Source of the DNA: Caedimonas varicaedens
GTDB taxonomy: Bacteria > Pseudomonadota > Alphaproteobacteria > Caedimonadales > Caedimonadaceae
Assembly: GCA_001192655.1 (NCBI GenBank)
Contig: BBVC01000006.1
Span: 1-14,961, forward strand
Reading direction: 5' to 3'
DNA: 14,961 bases
In this document: one piece after another, positions 1 through 8,125 of the stretch
How the letters are laid out: the number at the start of each line of letters is the position of its first letter
Numbering within the stretch: the stretch's first letter is position 1
Position numbers and translations under genes: made by a program
The notes under the pieces: generated by a model
What the model was told of the DNA's origin: nothing
Database searches by the model: none
What the model saw: the letters and a program-made list of their open reading frames with translations, nothing else

Positions 1-173
1 ATATTAAGCTTAGTGGCTGGTTTATGACGATGTGTCTGAGGCTCAGGCTTCTTGACCCATCTGACAAGACTGGTCACTCCAACACCAAAGAGATCCGCCG
101 TTTCAGCAAAACTCAAATTTTTCTTCTTTTTTACAGATAAAACACGAAGTCTAAAATCTAATGAATAGGTCAT
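1..173 (-). CDS. IS630-family transposase, N-terminal HTH portion (partial; continues past window start)
   Basis: Manual minus-strand translation from the ATG (complement of cat 171-173) gives MTYSLDFRLRVLSVKKKKNLSFAETADLFGVGVTSLVRWVKKPEPQTHRHKPATKLN. This matches the typical IS630 N-terminus (M.YSLD.R.RV..., HTH, KP..KL). AAGAGG (complement of 182-187) lies 8 nt upstream of the ATG. It is absent from the ORF track because under 60 aa fall inside the window. Confidence 0.75.
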   Translation of the reverse strand, partial: MTYSLDFRLRVLSVKKKKNLSFAETADLFGVGVTSLVRWVKKPEPQTHRHKPATKLN

Positions 174-240
174 GGAATAATCCTCTTAAAAATTATCCAT
201 AATATAACCATTTTAAAGGTTTTTAGCTATAGCTGTTGCG

Positions 241-1410
241 TTGGGAGATCCCAAAAATCCAGATGCTCTTTATTCCCTACCTTCTCATTCTCTTGTGCAG
301 GTAGGATTCAGAGAAGAGGAATCTGTCATCCCCTACCCGGGTCATGCTCATCCGGGGTATAGATTAATGTTTGAATACTTCCATTTCCCCGAGAAGTTCT
401 ATTTCTTTGATATCAAACATATTTTTCTTCCCCAGGACACCCAAGATATAACTTTTTTCATTTCCTTATCCGATAATTTTACTTTTAAGGCAAATGATAT
501 TACAGGGCGTAATTTTAAATTGCATTGCGCACCCATTGTGAATTTATTTCATAAAACGTCAGAACCCATTCGTTTAGATCATCATGTTCATGAATATCGC
601 CTGATTGCAGATTTGAAGCAGGAAAAAACGACAGAAATTCATTCGATTCTTGAAGTAAAGGCAAATATTGATGGTTCGTCTCGTCTTGAAACTTTTAACC
701 CTTATTTTTCCTACTCCCATCAATCACTTAAAGAAGGAGAATCTTTTTGGGTTTCCAGGCGTGTTCCTTCACTGAATCCAGCTTTTGGGGGGACGGATAT
801 TTTCGTCTCTTTCGTTGATCAGCATATGAATCCTCACGCGCCACCCACGCACACTCTTTTCGCCAACGTATCATGCACAAATCGTTTCCTGGCACATGAG
901 ATTCCTGTGGAATCGGTTTTAGAGCCTGAGAAGGAAAATCCTGCCGCACAAATTGTATGTTTACATAGACCAACCTTGCAATATTATCCAGCCACCGAAG
1001 GAACAAGCCAGTGGCGGCTGGTTTCCCAACTGAGTTTAAATCACCTGTCTTTATCGAACGCGCCCACTTCTTTGCTAGCATTCAGGGAAATTGTTCAGCT
1101 TTATGCAGATGCTCAAACGTCGGGAGCTTTGCCAGAATTGAATGCTATTTTAAAAATGCAGACATCTTCCGTCATACGTCGTTTTGGCATTGATGCTTGG
1201 CGCGGGTTTGTCACGGGCACCCACATTCAATTAACAGCTGATCGCGAAAAAGATGTGCAAAAAAACCTTTTTCTTTTTACGTCAGTTTTGAATCATTTCT
1301 TTGCGCTTTTTGCGAGCGTAAATTCCTTTACCGAACTTGCGCTTTATAATCAAAATCATGAGGTTTGGAAGACATGGCATCCAATGGCAGGCAATCAGCC
1401 CCTTCTTTAG
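241..1410 (+). pseudogene. tssF: Type VI secretion baseplate subunit TssF (ImpG/VasA), N-terminally truncated
   Basis: TssF-family motifs are present: VGF.EEE.V.PYP....PGYRLMFEYFHFPEKFYFFD, CAPIVNLF, EYRL, CTNR, QWRLVSQLSLNHLSL and FASVNSFTEL. Canonical TssF is about 600 aa and only 389 aa remain. The frame opens at 217 after a TAA, and there is no ATG start (241 is TTG). An IS630 transposase start sits 44-70 bp upstream on the opposite strand. Confidence 0.8.
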
Positions 1411-2423
1411 CTGACCAGCTTTTTACTGAGGGATATGCTTTCGAGTTCCATCAAGCTATAAAAATTCTGGAGATGATGTATCCTGATGCACTTCCGCTAG
1501 GGCATGGCGTATCTCCTGCTCAAGAAGCCATAAGCTTGAAATCACGTGTTCTGTTTTCTTACCCGCCCAGCGATATTTATGAGATCTCCCAAGGATACAG
1601 TAACAATAATGCCTCTATTTCTTCTGTGATTATGAAGGTTAATTTCCTGGGCATTGCAGGCGCCAATGGACCCTTGCCTCTCCCTTATAGCGAAAGGATC
1701 TTTGAACGCTTTAAAGCATCTGATCCCGTTGCAACAGATTTCTTGGATATTTTCAATCATCGATTGCTGTCAATTTTGCATCGTATAAGACGCAAGCATT
1801 GGGTGGGGCTTGATTCAAGGCATGCGGATAAAACACATTTTGCCCAGGTCGTTTACTCTTTTATTGGTCTGGGAACAAAACATTTGCAGAATCGCACGCC
1901 TTTCAGGAATCGTAACTTGTTATTTTACGCAGGATTATTTTGGCAGCAGCCAAAATCCCACGAGGGGCTACGAATCATCTTGAGTCATTATTTTAATTTT
2001 CCTGTCAACGTTGTTCCTTTCAACGTTGTTCCTTTTAAAGGGGGGTGGGAGAAAATTGAAGCTTCGCAAGTTTCCAGAATTGGCAGCAAGGGTCAATTCC
2101 ATTGCTTGGGTCAAGACGCAATGCTGGGAGAACGCATCTGGAATGCGACACAAAAACTGATGATTTGCATCGGACCTCTGACAAGAGGTCAATTCCATTC
2201 TTTTCTGCCAAAAGAAAAAAATAATTATCAAAAATTTTGTGAACTTGTCCGATTTTATCTCGGTATTCAGCAAAAATTTGAAATCAATCTTATTGTCAGG
2301 GCGCCTGATGTTGAATCCACTCATCTGGCGAGCCATACTTATTTGGGCTGGACATCCTGGCTTAAATCTCATCGTTTCAGGGAAGACGATCGTCAAGTTA
2401 TCCTTCAAGCAAAGGGTATATAA
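1374..2423 (+). CDS. tssG: Type VI secretion baseplate subunit TssG (ImpH/VasB)
   Basis: The N-terminal FEFHQAIKILE motif matches the TssG signature (F.FfqA.rllE). Size of about 350 aa and position directly after and overlapping tssF fit the family. I prefer ATG 1374 because GAGG at 1360-1363 lies 10 nt upstream; the ORF-track start at 1365 is TTG. Confidence 0.8.
   Translation: MASNGRQSAPSLADQLFTEGYAFEFHQAIKILEMMYPDALPLGHGVSPAQEAISLKSRVLFSYPPSDIYEISQGYSNNNASISSVIMKVNFLGIAGANGPLPLPYSERIFERFKASDPVATDFLDIFNHRLLSILHRIRRKHWVGLDSRHADKTHFAQVVYSFIGLGTKHLQNRTPFRNRNLLFYAGLFWQQPKSHEGLRIILSHYFNFPVNVVPFNVVPFKGGWEKIEASQVSRIGSKGQFHCLGQDAMLGERIWNATQKLMICIGPLTRGQFHSFLPKEKNNYQKFCELVRFYLGIQQKFEINLIVRAPDVESTHLASHTYLGWTSWLKSHRFREDDRQVILQAKGI
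2005..2034. repeat. Perfect 15-bp tandem duplication (tcaacgttgttcctt x2) inside tssG
   Basis: Read directly: 2005-2019 equals 2020-2034. It is in frame and gives NVVPF-NVVPF in the protein. Confidence 0.95.
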
Positions 2424-2483
2424 TCTCTTGCTGCTCAAACAGGAACAGGGTATGAATGCAGGAAAGTAACCTGGCGGACTTTT

Positions 2484-3740
2484 ATGGCTTTAATTGTTCA
2501 AAAATTTGGCGGCACATCCGTTGCTGATATTGACTGTATTCAGAATGCAGCGCGACGTATTGCCTTTGAGCATAAGCGAGGGCATCAACTTGTGGTGGTT
2601 GTCTCTGCCATGGCGGGAGTGACCGATCAACTCATACAGTATGTCAACGCGACAACACCTCATCCTCGCGCAGAAGAGTATGATGTTGTTGTGTCATCTG
2701 GAGAGCAAGTCACTTCTGGACTTCTTGCATTGGCCTTGCAGAACTTTGAGATTTCAGCCCGATCTTTCCAGGCATGGCAAATTCCGATCCGTACCGATCA
2801 TTTGCACGCCAAGGCACGAGTCAACGATATTTGTACCAGCCTGTTGGAAGAAACATTACAACAGGGAATTATCCCTGTTATTTCTGGATTTCAAGGTTTA
2901 TCGCCATCAGGGCGCATGACAACTTTTGGACGAGGGGGATCTGATATTACAGCTGTTGCCCTAGCTGCGGCATTGGGGGCTTCGCGCTGTGACCTTTACA
3001 AAGATGTTTCTGGCATCTATACCGCTGACCCACGCATTGTTCCGACTGCTCGCAAATTGGATCGTGTGAGTTACGAAGAAATACTCGAATTGGCATCATT
3101 GGGCTCTCAGGTATTGCAGCATCGAGCGATTGAGCTTGCAATGTCCTACCGGGTTCCTGTCAGGGTTTTCTCTAGCTTTGAAGAAAGCACAGGAACTGAA
3201 ATTGTACATGAGGATGAAATTATGGAAAAAGCTCTTATTCATGGAATTACCCATACGCATAGTGAGGCTAAAATTACACTCACCCAGGTTACATCCCAAC
3301 CTGGAGTTACCGCTGAAATTTTTGGCGCCCTTGCAGATGCTGGCGTGACGGTTGATATGATTATCCATAACAATCTGGAAAGTAGGGATTTGTCCCCTCT
3401 CGCCTTTACGATTGCCCGCATGGATTTACCGCAAGCTCAAGCAACCTTGCAAAAACTGAAAATCTCTCTTGATTTTGGTGACACTATTGTTGACCAAATG
3501 ACTGCAAAAATTTCGGTTGTGGGGATTGGGCTTCGCACCCATCCTCATTTGACAGGAACGCTCTTTCGAACTCTTTCCCAGAGAGGAATTGAAATTCTGG
3601 GCGTGGCAACATCAGAAATTAAAATAAGCATTCTGGTTCATCAGGATTTTGCCGAACTTGCTGTGCGTTCCTTGCACTCTGCGTATCAACTTGACGGAGA
3701 AACAGCGGAGAAGCCTATGCTTTATGCAGTTAAAGCATAG
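2484..3740 (+). CDS. lysC: Aspartate kinase
   Basis: N-terminus MALIVQKFGGTSV, then VVVVSAM and GRGGSD motifs. The C-terminal half contains two ACT-like regions. Length is 418 aa. Confidence 0.95.
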   Translation: MALIVQKFGGTSVADIDCIQNAARRIAFEHKRGHQLVVVVSAMAGVTDQLIQYVNATTPHPRAEEYDVVVSSGEQVTSGLLALALQNFEISARSFQAWQIPIRTDHLHAKARVNDICTSLLEETLQQGIIPVISGFQGLSPSGRMTTFGRGGSDITAVALAAALGASRCDLYKDVSGIYTADPRIVPTARKLDRVSYEEILELASLGSQVLQHRAIELAMSYRVPVRVFSSFEESTGTEIVHEDEIMEKALIHGITHTHSEAKITLTQVTSQPGVTAEIFGALADAGVTVDMIIHNNLESRDLSPLAFTIARMDLPQAQATLQKLKISLDFGDTIVDQMTAKISVVGIGLRTHPHLTGTLFRTLSQRGIEILGVATSEIKISILVHQDFAELAVRSLHSAYQLDGETAEKPMLYAVKA

Positions 3741-3980
3741 GCACCTGCTCTACTGCTTATTATCAGCCTGCGCTCTGACACAAGGACTTGTAGGGAGAAA
3801 ACCACCTTTCCAACATGAACAATGTATCGTTAATATGAGCATTGCGCAGAGAGTGCTCAACCTTCAATTCTACTTCAACAACCTTGGATTTATAAACCTA
3901 GACTAAGACAAAAATATTCTTGATTTTTCTGTTCCATTGTAATACTGTATTATCATAATATAACAAAAAGAGCACTTAAA

Positions 3981-4265
3981 ATGGATGAACAGAGTACGGT
4001 ATACGAGGCTTTCCTGATGCTTGAGACAGTTGATGAGTGCAAGAATTTTTTGGCGGATCTCTGTACGCCCCAGGAAAATGAAGCCCTCAGAGAGAGATGG
4101 AAAATTTGCCAACTTCTTGATGAAGGAAAATATTCTTACCGTGAAATTCATGCCCTCACGGGGGCAAGCTTAACAACAATCAGTCGTGTGGGACGATTTT
4201 TAAATATGGAAGCATACCAGGGGTATCGCAGCGTTCTGAAAAAATTAAAAGAGAAAGAGAAATAA
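3981..4265 (+). CDS. YerC/YecD-family TrpR-related DNA-binding protein
   Basis: 94 aa. The pattern FL.DLCTP.E.EAL..RW.I...L..G.SYREI...TGASLTTISRV.RFL....GY is the YerC/YecD (Trp-repressor-like) signature. Its TAA stop overlaps the ATG of the next gene (TAATG at 4263-4267). Confidence 0.85.
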   Translation: MDEQSTVYEAFLMLETVDECKNFLADLCTPQENEALRERWKICQLLDEGKYSYREIHALTGASLTTISRVGRFLNMEAYQGYRSVLKKLKEKEK

Positions 4266-5248
4266 TGTTTTATCAATTTTTATTTTTATTAAATTTTCTG
4301 GTGGGGATTCTTTCATTCTCTGCATCAGCGTCAGAAACCAAAAAAGTACGAATTTGTATTTCCCAAATTGTTGAACACCCGGCGTTGAATGCAACACGTC
4401 AGGGAATCGAATATGAACTGAAAAAAGCGGGGTATATAAAAGGAGATAATTTGGACCTTCGATTTGAATCGGCACAGGCCAATCCAGCACTTGCCCAGCA
4501 AATCGCGGGAAAGTTCCTGGCGCTTGATCCAGATCTGGTGATAGGAATCGCAACAGTATCTGCGCAAACTTTTGCAAAGGCAGCTAAAAATAAAAAAGTT
4601 AGACTGGTTTTTAGTTCGGTCACAGACCCCTTATCCGCCAATCTGGTTGATAGCCTGGATAAGCCAGGACGAAATACAGCAGGAGTCTCTAATTTTATCC
4701 CTCTGGAACCTCAGTTGGATCTGATGAAAAAAGTTCTTCCAGAACTGAAAAATTTGGGATTTCTTTATAATCCAGGAGAAGCCAACTCTCGCATTCTCAT
4801 CAGAAAGCTTGAAGCTCTTATGCCAAAATATGGCATGACTTTGATTTTGCAGGCGATCACCAAAACGGCAGATATTCCCCAAGCAACCCAAAAACTTCTT
4901 GGGAAATCAGATGCTATTTTTGTCAGCAATGATAATACAGTTTTGTCTGCTATTTCAAATGTCATCCAGCTTGCAACTGAGGCACGAAAACCTGTTTTTG
5001 TCAGTGACACGGATGTGGTGGTTCAGGGAGCGCTGGCTGCGTTGGGGCCCAATCAATATCAATTGGGACTTCAAACAGGACGTATGGTTGTGCGTATCCT
5101 GCAAGGAGAAAATATAACAGAGCAAAAGGTAGAATTTCCTGATGATCAGGAAATGTATTTAAATCTTGAAACAGCCGCTAAAATAGGACTGAATATTGCA
5201 CCTGATCTTGTGAAACAGGCGACCAAAGTTTACCCTGAAGGGAAATAA
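4265..5248 (+). CDS. ABC transporter substrate-binding protein (ABC_sub_bind / COG2984 type)
   Basis: Signal peptide MFYQFLFLLNFLVGILSFSASA. The mature part begins KKVRICISQIVEHPALNATRQGI, typical of this periplasmic binding family. It is followed by the matching permease and ATPase. Confidence 0.85.
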   Translation: MFYQFLFLLNFLVGILSFSASASETKKVRICISQIVEHPALNATRQGIEYELKKAGYIKGDNLDLRFESAQANPALAQQIAGKFLALDPDLVIGIATVSAQTFAKAAKNKKVRLVFSSVTDPLSANLVDSLDKPGRNTAGVSNFIPLEPQLDLMKKVLPELKNLGFLYNPGEANSRILIRKLEALMPKYGMTLILQAITKTADIPQATQKLLGKSDAIFVSNDNTVLSAISNVIQLATEARKPVFVSDTDVVVQGALAALGPNQYQLGLQTGRMVVRILQGENITEQKVEFPDDQEMYLNLETAAKIGLNIAPDLVKQATKVYPEGK

Positions 5249-5251
5249 ACA

Positions 5252-6115
5252 ATGAGCTTGCCAGAAATTTGTATCGCTGTTGAGATGGGCTTGATTTACG
5301 GGATTGTTTCCCTGGGTCTTTTTTTAACCTTTCGCATTCTTGATTATTCAGATCTTACTGTTGATGGAAGTTTCCTGACAGGCGCTGCCCTGTCAGGGAC
5401 TCTTCTGACGAAAGGGATGAACCCCTGGCTTGCTATTGTTTTTTCTATGGTGGGGGGAGGAATGGCAGGTTTAGTAACAGCCTTTCTTCATTTAAATTGT
5501 AAAATTTCAACCTTGCTATCAGGTATTATTACAACTTTTATTTTATACTCTGTTTGTCTGCGATTGATGGGAGATTTGCCAAATATCTCGCTTATTTCTG
5601 AAAGTACTCTTTTTGCGGGTCAGCACGAACTTGTGATCTTGCTGGTTATTTCCTTTTTTATAGGGGCGGTGAGTTTCCTTCTTTTGTCAACAGACTGGGG
5701 ATTGTCTCTCAGAAGCACAGGAAGGAACCCCAGGCTTGCAAGAAGTTACGGCGTAAGAGTTTCTTTTATGCTGTTGTGCGGCCTTGTGCTTAGCAATAGT
5801 CTGGTGGGTCTGGCGGGGGGGCTTTTCGCGCAGTTTCAGAATTTTGCGGATATTTCACAGGGCGTTGGAACTGTTATTTTTGGTTTGGCAGGTCTTGTTA
5901 TTGGAGAGTCTTTTTTTCCAAACCGGGGAATCTTTTTTCAAATTCTGGCCTGTTTTATGGGTTCTGTTTTCTATCGTTTGCTTGTAGCGTTGGCGCTTCA
6001 CAGTGATAGCCTGGGATTAAGGTCATCAGATTTGAACCTACTAACAGGTGTTGCATTGACCCTTTTTATGGTCTGGCCTCTTTTGAGAGAGAAAATAAAT
6101 AATGCTCGAGCTTGA
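5252..6115 (+). CDS. ABC transporter permease (COG4120 type)
   Basis: 287 aa and strongly hydrophobic, with multiple predicted TM segments. It starts 3 nt after the binding-protein stop and overlaps the ATPase gene by 14 nt. Confidence 0.85.
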   Translation: MSLPEICIAVEMGLIYGIVSLGLFLTFRILDYSDLTVDGSFLTGAALSGTLLTKGMNPWLAIVFSMVGGGMAGLVTAFLHLNCKISTLLSGIITTFILYSVCLRLMGDLPNISLISESTLFAGQHELVILLVISFFIGAVSFLLLSTDWGLSLRSTGRNPRLARSYGVRVSFMLLCGLVLSNSLVGLAGGLFAQFQNFADISQGVGTVIFGLAGLVIGESFFPNRGIFFQILACFMGSVFYRLLVALALHSDSLGLRSSDLNLLTGVALTLFMVWPLLREKINNARA

Positions 6116-6851
6116 TAAAATTACTTTTTCGATTCGTAACGAAGAGGGGGTAACGCAAAAAATCCTTGATCATATTTCTCTTAAAGCAAAAAAAGGGGAA
6201 TTCATTATTGTCTCAGGAAGAAATGGAGCTGGAAAATCAACACTCTTGAATGTTATTACGGGTGAGCTCACTGGTTATACGGGGGCTCTTAAAATTAATC
6301 AACATTCTTTGAAGAAAACAGCTCCAGAGCTTAGATCAAGGTGGATCTCCAAAGTAAGTCAAAACCCGAAAGAAGCTGTTATTGATGATTTCACGATCGA
6401 AGAAAATATGGCATTTGCTTATTTAAGAGGACAAAAACGGGGACTGCATTGGTTTCGCTCTCAACAACGACGAAAAATATTTCAACAGAAATTGGGAATT
6501 CTGGAGATGAATCTGGAAAATCGTCTTTCTGACAGGGCAAAAATGCTTTCGGGGGGACAAAAACAAGCGCTGAGTTTGATTATGGCGACTTTGGCGTCTC
6601 CTGAGGTTTTATTACTTGATGAACATACATCTGCTCTTGATCCCAAAATGGCTGAGCGAATTATGGAAATTACAGAGAAAATTGTACGAACTGAAAAAAT
6701 AACAACTTTGATGATTAGCCATAACATCTCTCATCTCCATAAATATGGTGATCGTATTTTGACTCTGGATCAGGGAAAGATCGTTCGAGATTTTTCGCAA
6801 AAGGAAAAAGAAGCTTTAACCAGATCAGATCTCAAAAGTTTTTACGAGTAG
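6102..6851 (+). CDS. ABC transporter ATP-binding protein (COG1101 type)
   Basis: Walker A GRNGAGKST, signature LSGGQKQAL, Walker B LLLDEHTSALD and H-loop ISHN. Confidence 0.9.
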   Translation: MLELDKITFSIRNEEGVTQKILDHISLKAKKGEFIIVSGRNGAGKSTLLNVITGELTGYTGALKINQHSLKKTAPELRSRWISKVSQNPKEAVIDDFTIEENMAFAYLRGQKRGLHWFRSQQRRKIFQQKLGILEMNLENRLSDRAKMLSGGQKQALSLIMATLASPEVLLLDEHTSALDPKMAERIMEITEKIVRTEKITTLMISHNISHLHKYGDRILTLDQGKIVRDFSQKEKEALTRSDLKSFYE

Positions 6852-6856
6852 CTGAT

Positions 6857-6973
6857 TTACGTGTCTGAATCCATATCTGATCGAGAATGGACACGAGATT
6901 CAAACCACATCGCATTAAGAATGCCAAAACTACAGGCAAGTCCCAATCCCAATATCCACGAAAAATACCACAT
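6857..6973 (-). CDS. cydX: Cytochrome bd-I oxidase small subunit CydX
   Basis: Manual translation gives MWYFSWILGLGLACSFGILNAMWFESRVHSRSDMDSDT (38 aa). This closely parallels the E. coli CydX N-terminus MWYFAWILG..LACSFG. GAAGGAA lies upstream and the ORF starts 12 nt after the cydB stop. It is too short for the ORF track. Confidence 0.8.
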   Translation of the reverse strand: MWYFSWILGLGLACSFGILNAMWFESRVHSRSDMDSDT

Positions 6974-6985
6974 TGACGTTCCTTC

Positions 6986-8125
6986 TCAGTAAGCGTTTGT
7001 CTGATTTTCTTCCAGTATCTCCGGAGTTACCTTGCCTCGTAATACACGATAAACCCAACTTGTATAAATTAAAACAATAGGCAAGAAAATAATAACACCC
7101 AACAGCATGATAAATAAGGTTAGCTGGCTGGAAGAAGCGTCCCAAATAGTCAGACTATGACCTGGATGCGTTGCAGAAGGCAAGATGAAAGGGTAAAGGC
7201 TCAAACCAACTGTTGAAATAATCCCAAAAATGCTCATAGCGCTTAAAATAAAAGAGAACTTTTCATACCGCCCCATGACGGCAGGAATAACGCCAATATA
7301 TCCTGAAAATCCCAGTGCAGGCGCAATCATCATCCAGGGATAAAGAGTATAGTTATGAAGCCACGCCCCCTTCATAAGGACGACTTCCTTACCTAGAGGA
7401 TTTGACGGTGCGTCTCCTATAATCGCGGATAAATACTGGAATCCATTGAGTTGCCAGGCACAGGCAATTCCCCCTACGGCAAAAAGTATGATCGCAGTCA
7501 AAGCAGAAATAATGACGATTATCCGCGCTCGTTGAGCGATGGGATCATTTGTTTTGGCAATCAGATAAACACCCCCATGAAGAACAATCATCGTAACGCT
7601 TAATAAGCCGCACAATAGAGGAAAAGGTGTTAAAAGTTCCCAAAATGTTCCTGTATAAATGACCCTCAACAGATCATCAAAGTGGAAGGACGCTCCCAGA
7701 AAAAGATTGCCTACAGCAACGCCAAAAATAAGAGAAGGAACAACTCCTCCGAAAAACAGTAAAATGTCCCAGGTTTGTCGCCAGGCAGAACTGGGCATCT
7801 TTGAGCGAAATTTAAAACCTACCGGACGCAGAATCAATCCAAAAAGCGCCAGAAAGATGGCGAGATAAAAACCTGAAAAAGAAACCGCGTAAAGAGAGGG
7901 CCATGCAGCAAAAGCTGCTCCTCCTGCCAGAATAAGCCAGACCTGGTTCCCTTCCCAAACGGGTCCCACTGTGTTGATGACAATCCGACGTTCTTCATCC
8001 TTTTTGGCGACAAACGGCAAAAGGCTTGCAACGCCCAGGTCAAAACCATCAGCAATAGCGAAACCGATCAGAAGCACCCCCAAAAGACCCCACCAGATCA
8101 GTCTTAATGTTTCATAATCCAGCAT
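6986..8125 (-). CDS. cydB: Cytochrome bd ubiquinol oxidase subunit II
   Basis: The N-terminus MLDYETLRLIWWGLLGVLLIGFAIADGFDLGV is nearly identical in pattern to E. coli CydB. It is a 379 aa polytopic membrane protein and overlaps the end of cydA by 14 nt. Confidence 0.95.
   Translation of the reverse strand: MLDYETLRLIWWGLLGVLLIGFAIADGFDLGVASLLPFVAKKDEERRIVINTVGPVWEGNQVWLILAGGAAFAAWPSLYAVSFSGFYLAIFLALFGLILRPVGFKFRSKMPSSAWRQTWDILLFFGGVVPSLIFGVAVGNLFLGASFHFDDLLRVIYTGTFWELLTPFPLLCGLLSVTMIVLHGGVYLIAKTNDPIAQRARIIVIISALTAIILFAVGGIACAWQLNGFQYLSAIIGDAPSNPLGKEVVLMKGAWLHNYTLYPWMMIAPALGFSGYIGVIPAVMGRYEKFSFILSAMSIFGIISTVGLSLYPFILPSATHPGHSLTIWDASSSQLTLFIMLLGVIIFLPIVLIYTSWVYRVLRGKVTPEILEENQTNAY

Noticed and set aside
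193-210. Similarity between TTATCCATAATATAACCA (193-210, upstream of the IS630 transposase) and TTATCATAATATAACAA (3950-3966, upstream of the yerC-like gene), considered as a shared repeat or IS end.
   Set aside because: The match is short and AT-rich, differs by an indel, and has no flanking similarity. It is most likely chance resemblance between -10-like promoter sequences.
728-1081. Antisense and overlapping ORFs in the track. Examples are 728-1081(-), 1011-1193(+), 1542-1760(-), 1968-2438(-), 2641-2919(+), 3096-3368(-), 4245-4577(-), 6930-7145(-), 7659-7868(+), 8249-8446(+), 11962-12198(-) and 13373-13798(-).
   Set aside because: Each lies wholly inside a longer ORF that carries clear family motifs on the other strand or frame. 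Their products are low-complexity or R/K/S-rich with no recognisable motifs, so they are shadow ORFs.
241-2423. The idea that tssF/tssG represent a functional or novel secretion or contractile-injection system within this window.
   Set aside because: Only two baseplate genes are present. One is truncated by about a third and lacks a proper start, and the flanks are an IS and lysC. No sheath, tube, spike, ATPase or membrane-complex genes are present in the window.
3649-4151. ORFs 3649-3906(+) and 3903-4151(-) in and around the lysC-yerC intergenic region.
   Set aside because: The first starts inside lysC out of frame. The second is antisense to the well-supported YerC-family gene. Neither has motifs or a ribosome-binding site.
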